This document shows positions 13,864 through 22,268 of a DNA stretch of 25,024 nt, piece by piece. Position numbers and translations under genes: made by a program. Numbering within the stretch: position 1 is the first letter of the stretch; every line of letters begins with the position of its first letter. The DNA comes from a candidate division FCPU426 bacterium. GTDB lineage: Bacteria; Oederibacteriota; JAAXVQ01; JAUVAV01. The notes under the pieces were generated by a model. That model did not search any database. It saw only the letters and a program-made list of their open reading frames with translations, and was not told the origin of the DNA. Where the stretch lies: positions 1-25,024 of the forward strand of contig DAOWGI010000113.1 in the NCBI GenBank assembly GCA_030637655.1, written 5' to 3'.

Positions 13864-15816
13864 TTACACGATGGCTTTCCCGCGATTGATATATCCGGTA
13901 TGCAGTAATTTATGGCTCTTATGGCCACACGGCCCTTCGGTAAGAAATTCCTTATATATCTGCAGCACATGCGGATTTTCATGGGATTTGCGAATATCCA
14001 AGGATTCATCTTCCGCATAAATCGCTTTGGCTCGGGCAGCGCGTATTTCCGGTGAAGTAGGGCTGGGTTGTCCCCCGCCGCCCAAACAACCACCCGGACA
14101 GGCCATGAATTCAATGAAGTGACACTCGGAAAATTTCCCGCCTGCTTTGATATCTTCCATTACGTGTCGGGCGTTGGCTGTTCCGTGCGCCACGGCAATT
14201 TTAAGCGTAACGCCCTTAAGAAAATCCCAAGTTTGAATTTTGTGATTCTTGAGGAGCGCTGGAACCGGACCGACTTGTGGAATTTTTAATTCCATGTATT
14301 TAATCCCTTCAAAGCCCCGCACTGGTTCAATTATTAGATTTTCAAACACCTGCTCTGCTTTTAAACCGGTTACCACTTCGACCACTGTTCGTAGAGCTGC
14401 TTCCATAACACCACCGGTCGCGCCAAAAATGAGACCCGCGCCGGAAGCTTCGCCAAAAGGCTCGTCAAAACCGGAGCCCGGCAAAGCAGGCAGATCAATA
14501 CCAGCTTCTTGAATCATTTGGGCCATCTCTCTGGTGGTCAAACCATAATCAATATCCTTGAATCCGGAATCCGCCATTTCCGGACGATTGCACTCAAACT
14601 TTTTAGCAGAACAGGGCATTAAGGCTACTGTCACAATATTAGTTGGATGGATACTATGCTTCTGGGCATAATACGTCTTCATTACAGCGCCAAACATTTG
14701 CTGTGGACTTTTGGCTGTGCTGAGATTGGGGATATACTCTGGGTAGAAATGCTCCAGATATTTTACCCAACCCGGTGAACAGGAAGTGAACTGAGGAAAA
14801 GCCACTGAAGTATCTTTATCCACTAGAGCCTTTTTCAAGCGCAACAGCAGTTCAGTGCCCTCTTCCAGAATAGTGAGGTCAGCGGCAAAATTCGTATCAA
14901 ATACCCGATCAAAACCGCATCTCCGTAAAGCAGTATTGAGTTCCTTGGTTACTGAGGTACCGGGCCGCAAATTAAAGGCTTCCCCAATAGCAGCACGCGG
15001 GCTGGGGGCTGTCTGAATAATCACGTGTTTGTTGGGATTATCAATGGCATTCCAAATATCATCAGAAGGATCATTGGCACGTAAGGCGCCGGTAGGACAA
15101 CGATTGATGCACTGACCGCAGTTGATACAAATGACATCAGAAAGCGGTTTGTTCATAAAGGTACAGATTTCGGTCTCTGACCCGCGGTGTGCAGCTTCCA
15201 AAACCCCAACTTCCTGCAAGTCAATACAGGTTCGCACACAACGTCGGCATAATATACACTTATTCATATCACGCATAACAGAGTACGAGGAACGATCTAT
15301 ATCAACTCTTGGTTTTTGTACATGACCAAATCTGTAAAAATCCACACCATATTCCTTGGCCAGCGATTGTAATTCGCAATTATTATTACGTACGCAGGAA
15401 TAACATTCGCCATAATGCTCGGAAAGCATAAGATCAAGAATGTGCCGGCGTGCCCGGCGTACTTTGGGAGTTGAAGTACTCACTTTGATTGTTTCAGTAA
15501 TAGGATATGAGCAAGCAGTCTGGAGTGTCCTCTGTCCCTCGATTTCCACCACGCATATCCGACATACGCCGGCTATGCATAAATCCGGGTGGAAGCACAG
15601 CGTTGGAATTCGAACATTTACTTTTTTAGCCGCATCCAGTACGGTTGTCCTAATCGGCACCTCCATGGTATGTGAATCAATGGTAACCGATACTTTCGCA
15701 CCATGTTCAGCAGCTGCCCGACTTTCCATATCCTCATTTAGACGCTGACTATGCGGAGTTCTGGCCGTAGAATCTATAGCAATGTGATTTTCAGAATATA
15801 ATTTGTCGCTACTCAT
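13864..15816 (-). CDS. hydA: NADH-dependent [FeFe]-hydrogenase catalytic subunit (group A, HydA/HndD-like)
   Basis: H-cluster motifs FTSCSPGW, MPCSAKKFEC, EFMACPGGCLGGGGQP; N-terminal [2Fe-2S], His-ligated [4Fe-4S] (HYGECYSC..C) and 2x[4Fe-4S]. Probable start ATG 15816 after AGGGGG (ORF open from 15843). Confidence 0.95.
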   Translation of the reverse strand: MSSDKLYSENHIAIDSTARTPHSQRLNEDMESRAAAEHGAKVSVTIDSHTMEVPIRTTVLDAAKKVNVRIPTLCFHPDLCIAGVCRICVVEIEGQRTLQTACSYPITETIKVSTSTPKVRRARRHILDLMLSEHYGECYSCVRNNNCELQSLAKEYGVDFYRFGHVQKPRVDIDRSSYSVMRDMNKCILCRRCVRTCIDLQEVGVLEAAHRGSETEICTFMNKPLSDVICINCGQCINRCPTGALRANDPSDDIWNAIDNPNKHVIIQTAPSPRAAIGEAFNLRPGTSVTKELNTALRRCGFDRVFDTNFAADLTILEEGTELLLRLKKALVDKDTSVAFPQFTSCSPGWVKYLEHFYPEYIPNLSTAKSPQQMFGAVMKTYYAQKHSIHPTNIVTVALMPCSAKKFECNRPEMADSGFKDIDYGLTTREMAQMIQEAGIDLPALPGSGFDEPFGEASGAGLIFGATGGVMEAALRTVVEVVTGLKAEQVFENLIIEPVRGFEGIKYMELKIPQVGPVPALLKNHKIQTWDFLKGVTLKIAVAHGTANARHVMEDIKAGGKFSECHFIEFMACPGGCLGGGGQPSPTSPEIRAARAKAIYAEDESLDIRKSHENPHVLQIYKEFLTEGPCGHKSHKLLHTGYINRGKAIV

Positions 15817-15829
15817 TTTTGCTAGCCCC

Positions 15830-17566
15830 CTATTGCACTTCAAGAATCTGTTTATTTCTACCCAAAATCTCGTCTGTAAAGTGCTTGGTAATGCTTAAAA
15901 ACGCGTTGGGTGCTGACTGGCCTAGACCACATTTGCTCGAAAGCTGCATGGTTTCCCCTAAGGATTGCAGCTCTCTTAAATATCTGATTGAGCATTGGCC
16001 TTTTTTCAACATTTTCACACTTTCCAGAAGCTTGGTGTTTCCGATACGACAAGGAGTACATTGACCACAGGATTCTTCATTAAAAAACTGGAGAAAATTT
16101 TCAGCCACACCCAGCATGTCTGTATTGTTGTTAAATACAATAATTGATCCTCCGGTTGGAATATCCTCATAAGCAATCAGATGATCAAATTCAGATCTTG
16201 GTACACAGCGTCCTGAAGCTCCTCCTACCTGAACTGCTTTAGCTTCCTCACCGCCTACTAGTATTAATAGTTCATTAATGGTTATGCCATATGGCATTTC
16301 ATAAATACCTGGTCGCTTACAATTACCTGACACAGAAAAAAGCTTTGTTCCAGAGGATTTTTCTGTACCTGCCCGTTTTAACCAGGAAGGACCTTTGGCT
16401 ATAATGTGTGCGACCATAGCGAATGTCTCAACATTATTTACAATGGTCGGGTGATCATTGTAACCAGTATCCACCGGGAAAGGTGGACGATTTCTTGGCT
16501 CTCCGCGTTGCCCTTCCAAGGATTCAATTAATGCGGTTTCTTCTCCACATATATAGGCACCTGAACCCAGTCGAATATCAATATCAAACGAAAAATCTTT
16601 ATCTCCAAGAATATTATTGCCAAGCAGGTTATTCGAATGTCTTGTATCGATTGCTTTTTTTAAATTTTTCAATAAATAAGAATATTCACCACGTAAATAA
16701 ATAATACCTTTTTTAGCGCCAATAACCAGACCTGCGATTGTCATGCCTTCCAGCATAACATGAGAATAATCAGATAATAAAACACGATCCTTAAAAGTTC
16801 CAGGTTCCCCTTCATCAGCATTACAAACCACATATTTTTTATTTGATTTCACTTTTGCGGCCAGCTCCCACTTAATATGTGTTGGGAACCCGGCTCCACC
16901 ACGACCTTTTAAACCGGATATTTTTATTGTCTCAACGATTTTTTCAGGACCGTATTCCAGTGCTTTTTTAAGTGCCTTGTCCGGTTCCAGCTCCAAAAGT
17001 ACTCCGGTAGATTTATCGCTCTGAATGTTCGATTTCACCGGCGTAAAGCATGAGATATTGTCCTTGCCTTCAAAGGCATAAGTCCCAAAACTTTTCCGGC
17101 AGCATTCTAAAATGTCAAAAACCTTTTCTGCTGTCACTTGGGTAAACACATAGTCATTTATCAGCATGGCCGGTCCTTGATCGCACATACCCAGGCAATT
17201 GGCCCAAAAGAGTGAGAAGCGTCCGTCCTTGGTTGTTTCTCCAAATTTGATACCCAATTCATTTTCCAACTGACATGCCACAGCTTCCTTGTCAAGTAAA
17301 TCACAGGAAATTGTCCGGCACAAGCGGATTACAAAATGTCCCTGTTGTTTGGTGGATAAAAATGAGTAGAAGCTAACTACACCGTATACTTCCACCGGAT
17401 GGATAGCGAGTAAACGGGCTACTTCTTGCATAGCAAAATCGCTAATGTGATTATGTTTATTCTTGATGGCTTGCAGAATCGGCAGCAATCCTTCCCGCTG
17501 AAAGTCATGTTTTGCGGCCAAATCTTCAATTTCTTGACTTAAGCGTAATCGATCCGTTTCTAACAT
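15830..17566 (-). CDS. Fused NuoE-NuoF (HydC-HydB / HoxF-like) FMN/NADH diaphorase subunit
   Basis: N-terminal NuoE domain (YGVVSFYS, CRTISC, CLGMCDQGP); NuoF motifs GLKGRGGAGFPT, CNADEGEPGTFKDR, GAYICGEETAL, NNVET, ESCGQCTPCRIG..KCGLG; RBS AGGAG. Confidence 0.94.
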   Translation of the reverse strand: MLETDRLRLSQEIEDLAAKHDFQREGLLPILQAIKNKHNHISDFAMQEVARLLAIHPVEVYGVVSFYSFLSTKQQGHFVIRLCRTISCDLLDKEAVACQLENELGIKFGETTKDGRFSLFWANCLGMCDQGPAMLINDYVFTQVTAEKVFDILECCRKSFGTYAFEGKDNISCFTPVKSNIQSDKSTGVLLELEPDKALKKALEYGPEKIVETIKISGLKGRGGAGFPTHIKWELAAKVKSNKKYVVCNADEGEPGTFKDRVLLSDYSHVMLEGMTIAGLVIGAKKGIIYLRGEYSYLLKNLKKAIDTRHSNNLLGNNILGDKDFSFDIDIRLGSGAYICGEETALIESLEGQRGEPRNRPPFPVDTGYNDHPTIVNNVETFAMVAHIIAKGPSWLKRAGTEKSSGTKLFSVSGNCKRPGIYEMPYGITINELLILVGGEEAKAVQVGGASGRCVPRSEFDHLIAYEDIPTGGSIIVFNNNTDMLGVAENFLQFFNEESCGQCTPCRIGNTKLLESVKMLKKGQCSIRYLRELQSLGETMQLSSKCGLGQSAPNAFLSITKHFTDEILGRNKQILEVQ

Positions 17567-17849
17567 CAGTTCCCACTCCTCTCAGGTGCAGGTAAATTTT
17601 ATTTTTTCCGTGGATATGACGCTTTTCACCGGAATGCCTTGCTTGCTTCTAAATATTGTACAATGATTGCATTTAAATACAAAGTTAAATCACCTACTTT
17701 TCAGGTCACTCGTTTGCAATTCACTTACATTTTTTGTAATTTTACGTATATGTAAATTATATAATTAACTCCTTAATCATATCCGCCGATATTAAGCATA
17801 GGGTATAATTTCAGAGTTCCATGTATTTCATTTGTTTTGGGAGTTTGTT

Positions 17850-19625
17850 TTGAACCTATTGGGGGAAAATTATTTTTATAATGTTTATGCCTTTCCGCAT
17901 CTTTTTGCGGGTCTCTTCATACTTATTTTGGGTATTTATCGACTAATCAAATCTCGTCATTTAGGACTGCCTTTCGCGCTCTTGTGTTTCTCCTTTTCCA
18001 TCTGGTATTTTGGCGTGGCCAAAAACCTCTTCGCTTCTGACGATCCTTTCCAGCACGCGTATAGCCGTGTGTGTTATTTGGGAATCAGTTTTGTGCCGTT
18101 TTTCTTCTATTACTATACGTTGCGTGTTTTAAATCGCATGACACGTATTACCAAATGTATTCTTCTAACAATGGCAATTATATCTGTTTTTTTCTCCTGG
18201 CTGGCCCAAACCGATCTTCATTTTATAACCGGAAGTTATCACTACTACTACGGTTTCTATGCCAAATTCGGCTTATGGGGTTGGTTTTATTTAGGTTATT
18301 TTTACCTGGCTATGTTGGTAACCCTGGTCCTCTGGTACGACGTATATAAACATGAAATGGATGCCACGCTACGTCGCAGAATTGCAATTATCACTGCCGG
18401 ACTTTTGCTTTTCATTCCAGCCACTATTGATTATCTGCCTTCTTTGGGAATTGCTATTTATCCTTGCGGATACATCGCCGGACTTCTTTTTCTTATTTTC
18501 CAGGATTATGCCATCTTTAATTTGCAGGTAACCCAATTTCATATTCTAATCAACAATGTATTACGTCGCACCGTCGCTATTTTACTTTTGTGTCTACCTT
18601 GGGCAATTGTCTCGCATTTCTTTTTTTATTTGCAGCGTCATAATTATTGGGACATGTTGTTTATCTTCGCTGTATGTGCTTTTTTACTGCTCGTTCCATT
18701 TATAAATAAAGGCGTACCCTGGCTTGAACGGCTCTTGTTCAAAAAAGAATACGAATTCAACAAAATATTGCAAGCTTTTCTGAATGAAATTGTTGTTCTG
18801 AAAAACATTGATAAACTGGCTTTGTACATTCAAAACATGCTGCAGCATACCATGAACACGCCAAATGTGCGCTTGGTAGTAAAAGATCAAAAGAAAGACT
18901 CTTTTCATATTTGGTTTATGAATAACAGCACAATTGATTGTCCGCCGGCTTTGGCCACTTTCCTTCCCTGGCTGGCAAAAAATCCAGGACTTTTAATTCG
19001 TTACGACGTGGATTATAATCCCGTGTATTTACCCGTGCGGCAAAAAGCCGTGGCGGCTTTTGATAGTTTAGGCGCCCAAATACTTTTGCCTTTGGTGCAA
19101 TCCGATTCTCTTTTGGGAGTCATTGTTGTCGGAGATAAATTGAACTTAGATATTTTCAAACCAATCGAAATATTATTCTTGGCCAAATTCAAATCGATTG
19201 TGACCATCGCTTTAAACAATTCCTATTTGTACGAACACATTTGCCGGCTCAACCGGGCTTTGTGGGACGGCAATGTCAATTTGAACGAAATTGTAAAAGA
19301 AAAAACCGTTGAATTGGAAAAAGCCTTGGCCCAAATGAAAAAACTGAATGAAGAGCAAGCTGCTTTTTTTACCATGGCCTCGCATAATCTTCGCACGCCT
19401 TTAACGTCAATCAAAGCCGCGGCCACACTTCTGTGGAGAGATTCAACCGCTACGGACAAACGCGATCTCTGCGCGGTGTTGCAAAATAACATCCGGCGTT
19501 TGGAAACCCTGATTAGCTATGCTATTGAGGTGGTTAAAATGGAAAACGACAAATTGGAATTCATGGACGGGTCATTGTTTTCACTCCCCTACATGAATTC
19601 GAAAACTGATGAAAAGAATGAGTAG
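17850..19625 (+). CDS. Membrane sensor histidine kinase paralog lacking the ATPase domain (HisKA_7TM-like + GAF-like + DHp); possibly a pseudogene
   Basis: Multi-TM N-terminus, GAF-like LLPLV..LLGVIVVG, H-box SHNLRTPLTSIK, no N/G1/F/G2 boxes. TTG start at 17850 after GGGAG (ORF open from 17832). Confidence 0.8.
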   Translation: MNLLGENYFYNVYAFPHLFAGLFILILGIYRLIKSRHLGLPFALLCFSFSIWYFGVAKNLFASDDPFQHAYSRVCYLGISFVPFFFYYYTLRVLNRMTRITKCILLTMAIISVFFSWLAQTDLHFITGSYHYYYGFYAKFGLWGWFYLGYFYLAMLVTLVLWYDVYKHEMDATLRRRIAIITAGLLLFIPATIDYLPSLGIAIYPCGYIAGLLFLIFQDYAIFNLQVTQFHILINNVLRRTVAILLLCLPWAIVSHFFFYLQRHNYWDMLFIFAVCAFLLLVPFINKGVPWLERLLFKKEYEFNKILQAFLNEIVVLKNIDKLALYIQNMLQHTMNTPNVRLVVKDQKKDSFHIWFMNNSTIDCPPALATFLPWLAKNPGLLIRYDVDYNPVYLPVRQKAVAAFDSLGAQILLPLVQSDSLLGVIVVGDKLNLDIFKPIEILFLAKFKSIVTIALNNSYLYEHICRLNRALWDGNVNLNEIVKEKTVELEKALAQMKKLNEEQAAFFTMASHNLRTPLTSIKAAATLLWRDSTATDKRDLCAVLQNNIRRLETLISYAIEVVKMENDKLEFMDGSLFSLPYMNSKTDEKNE

Positions 19626-19829
19626 GAGCCTGAGCAATTAGTCTGTTTTTTTATGTTGTCATCCCCGAATGCTCTTATCGGGGATATGGTTTAAAAAACC
19701 AGATTCCCGATTAAACCCTCGGGCTGCGCCAGCGTCCCTATATATTTTTTCCGGTCGGGGAATGACAACCTTTGTTTAACTGCACTTGACTGACCTGTTA
19801 CCAAAAAACAGACTAAATGCTCAGGCTCC
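19625..19829. mobile_element. Composite MITE copy 2 (27-bp TIRs, TA flanks)
   Basis: GGAGCCTGAGCAATTAGTCTGTTTTTT (19625-19651) and AAAAAACAGACTAAATGCTCAGGCTCC (19803-19829) are 26/27 complementary; TA at 19623-24 and 19830-31; no ORF. Confidence 0.85.
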
Positions 19830-19870
19830 TAGCTCGTATCTAAATATCTATGCTCTGAAGGAGTAATATT

Positions 19871-22084
19871 GTGTGCGATTTCACCAATCTGAACTGGCAT
19901 GCTTTTTTATCTTTTGGGACCGGCCTTTTAATGTTATTTTCAGTTTTGATTGGCCTGTTGCGCAAAAACCAGATCGGCATCGCTTTTGCCTTGATCTGCT
20001 TATGTTTTGCCATTTATTTTGGCGGATCGAGTCTGAATTATTTCATTGCCGGAGAACCTAATATCGAAAGCTGGAATCGTCTCTATTTTATCGGTGTTAC
20101 GTTTATTCCGGCCACTTTTTATTTTCTGACTATTTCTTTTTTTCGTTTGCTGCGCGGGGTATATTTGTTTTGGTTGGGTGTTTTTGTTATTTTGTCTACC
20201 TTGTTTGCCGGTTTGGCTCAATACCATCCCCAATTTATCATTGGCGTTGCCAAATATACTTATACCTACATTGCCCTACTCGGTCCACTCGGTTTAATTT
20301 TTTTTATATATACTGTTTTGGTCACTTTTCTTACGTTAAGCATCTGGTTCTTCCATTTTACCAAAGAAACCGATCCCATTCACCGGTGGCATTTAAAAAT
20401 ACTCTTCTTTACATTTTTATTTAGTTCTTTGGCACTGGTGGATTTCCTGCCGGGTTTTGGCGTCCCGGTCTATTCGGCCGGGTATATAATCATTACCTTA
20501 TTCATCGGATTTCAAACCTATGCTATTTTTGTTTACCGTTTGATAAAAATCCAAAATCTGTTCACGCTTTTTTTACACAATTTTGTTAGTATGTTTTTGT
20601 TGGCCATTCCCTGTTTTTGTATTTTCTTATTAATGATGCTACTGCAAGCTCATTTTTCCCGGCAATTCTCCTGGATGCTGTCCATTTTGTTTTTTTTCTT
20701 ATTCGCTCCTTATGTCCTGTATGGATTTCCTTGGATTAAATCCATTATCTTTAAAAAAGATTTTGCTTATCAAAATATCATTCAATTGATTTTTGATGAG
20801 ATTGTTATTTTGCGGCAACCGGAAAAACTGGTTCAATCTCTCCAGTTCCTATTGCATAAATATTTAGATTCACATACCATTCATGTGATTACTCATGAAA
20901 TAGCACGCGGCAAATATTATTATTGGACAAAGGCCGAAGAACCGCAACCACTCCCGCCGGGCGTGGTTGATTTTTTTACCTGGTTAACCACTCACCCGGA
21001 CATTTTACTCAAAGACGATATTGACTATGACCCCAAATATTTTGTCGTACGTGAAAGGGCGGGCATTTTTTTCTCCGCTTTGGACGCACAGTTGATCATG
21101 CCGGTGGTGCAAACGAATAATTTAATAGGGCTCATCATCATAAAAAATCGCACGGATGCTAAAACACTTAAACCGATCGAATTGCGGTTTTTAACGCATT
21201 TGCAGCCTTTTATTACCGTGGCCATGAATAACTCAGCGTTGTATGAGCACATCCGTTTTTTAAACACAGACTTACTGAAAGTCAACAAAACATTAAAAGA
21301 AAAAGTGGAAAAACGTTCTCTGGAATTGGAAAGCGCTCTGACTCACATGCAGAATCTTAATCAAAAACAGCGAAACTTTTTCAATATGGCTTCCCATCAC
21401 TTACGCACACCGCTTACCTCCATCAAAGCCTCAGCCACATTACTCTGGGCCAAATATCCCACGGATAAAAAAACCGGGCTGAACGCTATTCTTATGGAAA
21501 ACATTAAACGTCTGGAAACTTTGTTGAAGAATATCATCGAAATCGTCAAAATGGAAAACGATAAAATGACACTTCTTTTTTCAGAAGTTAACATTCAGAA
21601 ACTGGTTTTAAAGGTGTATTTGGAAGTTGAGGCCACTTATTCCGGAAAATCCTTGAATTGGTCTTTTCGTTTGGATGAAAATATCCAAACCATCCATGCC
21701 GATACGGCCAGAATTAAAACCGTTCTGCTGAGTCTTTTCTCCAATGCCTTTAAATTTACTCCCAAACATGGTAAGGTCGATGTTCGTTTGACTAAAGTAA
21801 AACGCGCTTATGTGCTTAATAAATATGCCGGCGAAACAACATTGTTTTCCGAATATTATTATGAATTTACTGTTACCGACACCGGCGAAGGTATACCGGA
21901 AGAAGAAAAAGAGCGGATCTTTAACATTTTTCATCAGGTAAGCGATAGTCATAATTGTTATCAAGGCCCGGGTTTGGGATTGTACATGGTCAAGAAGATC
22001 ATCGAGAATCACAAGGGCGCAGTTACACTTACCAGCCGTTTGCAACACGGATCACAGTTTTCTTTTATTCTGCCGGCTAGTTAA
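19871..22084 (+). CDS. Membrane sensor histidine kinase (HisKA_7TM-like + GAF-like + HisKA + HATPase_c)
   Basis: H-box SHHLRTPLTSIK, N-box SNAFKFT, G1 DTGEGI, F IFNIFHQ, G2 GPGLGL; GTG start with RBS AAGGAG. Confidence 0.92.
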   Translation: MCDFTNLNWHAFLSFGTGLLMLFSVLIGLLRKNQIGIAFALICLCFAIYFGGSSLNYFIAGEPNIESWNRLYFIGVTFIPATFYFLTISFFRLLRGVYLFWLGVFVILSTLFAGLAQYHPQFIIGVAKYTYTYIALLGPLGLIFFIYTVLVTFLTLSIWFFHFTKETDPIHRWHLKILFFTFLFSSLALVDFLPGFGVPVYSAGYIIITLFIGFQTYAIFVYRLIKIQNLFTLFLHNFVSMFLLAIPCFCIFLLMMLLQAHFSRQFSWMLSILFFFLFAPYVLYGFPWIKSIIFKKDFAYQNIIQLIFDEIVILRQPEKLVQSLQFLLHKYLDSHTIHVITHEIARGKYYYWTKAEEPQPLPPGVVDFFTWLTTHPDILLKDDIDYDPKYFVVRERAGIFFSALDAQLIMPVVQTNNLIGLIIIKNRTDAKTLKPIELRFLTHLQPFITVAMNNSALYEHIRFLNTDLLKVNKTLKEKVEKRSLELESALTHMQNLNQKQRNFFNMASHHLRTPLTSIKASATLLWAKYPTDKKTGLNAILMENIKRLETLLKNIIEIVKMENDKMTLLFSEVNIQKLVLKVYLEVEATYSGKSLNWSFRLDENIQTIHADTARIKTVLLSLFSNAFKFTPKHGKVDVRLTKVKRAYVLNKYAGETTLFSEYYYEFTVTDTGEGIPEEEKERIFNIFHQVSDSHNCYQGPGLGLYMVKKIIENHKGAVTLTSRLQHGSQFSFILPAS

Positions 22085-22154
22085 GCGTATTTACCTAACG
22101 GTGGATTCCTCAGCGCAATGTTTTTGCCTAATCTTAAGGGTCTTCACCGTTTTC

Positions 22155-22193
22155 TCTGCATAAAAAAGAAAGTAATTTTCTCTTTTATGCAGA
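22155..22193. terminator. Stem-loop downstream of the kinase gene, possible terminator
   Basis: tctgcataaaa...ttttatgcaga 11-bp stem with extra inner pairing; no clear U-tract directly after it. Confidence 0.35.
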
Positions 22194-22268
22194 CAGCTCA
22201 ACAATTTTTTTCAACTACCTTGGTGTTCACTTAAAATATCCCCACTCGTCGATGTTGAAAGCGCTTGA

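Noticed and set aside
17567-17849. Rex/FNR-type operator in the divergent promoter region
   Set aside because: Only imperfect AT-rich palindromes (e.g. attttacgtatatgtaaatt); no convincing consensus match.
19724-19760. Miniature group II intron (ctgcgcc...ccctat)
   Set aside because: No GUGYG start and no domain V; far too short.
19623-19831. MITE insertion as the cause of kinase 1 truncation
   Set aside because: Similarity to the paralog ends 23 codons before the element, no ATPase remnant follows it, and the empty site is already a stop codon.
22229-22268. Minus-strand IDEWGYF resembling an IstB Walker B region
   Set aside because: Too short to distinguish from chance.
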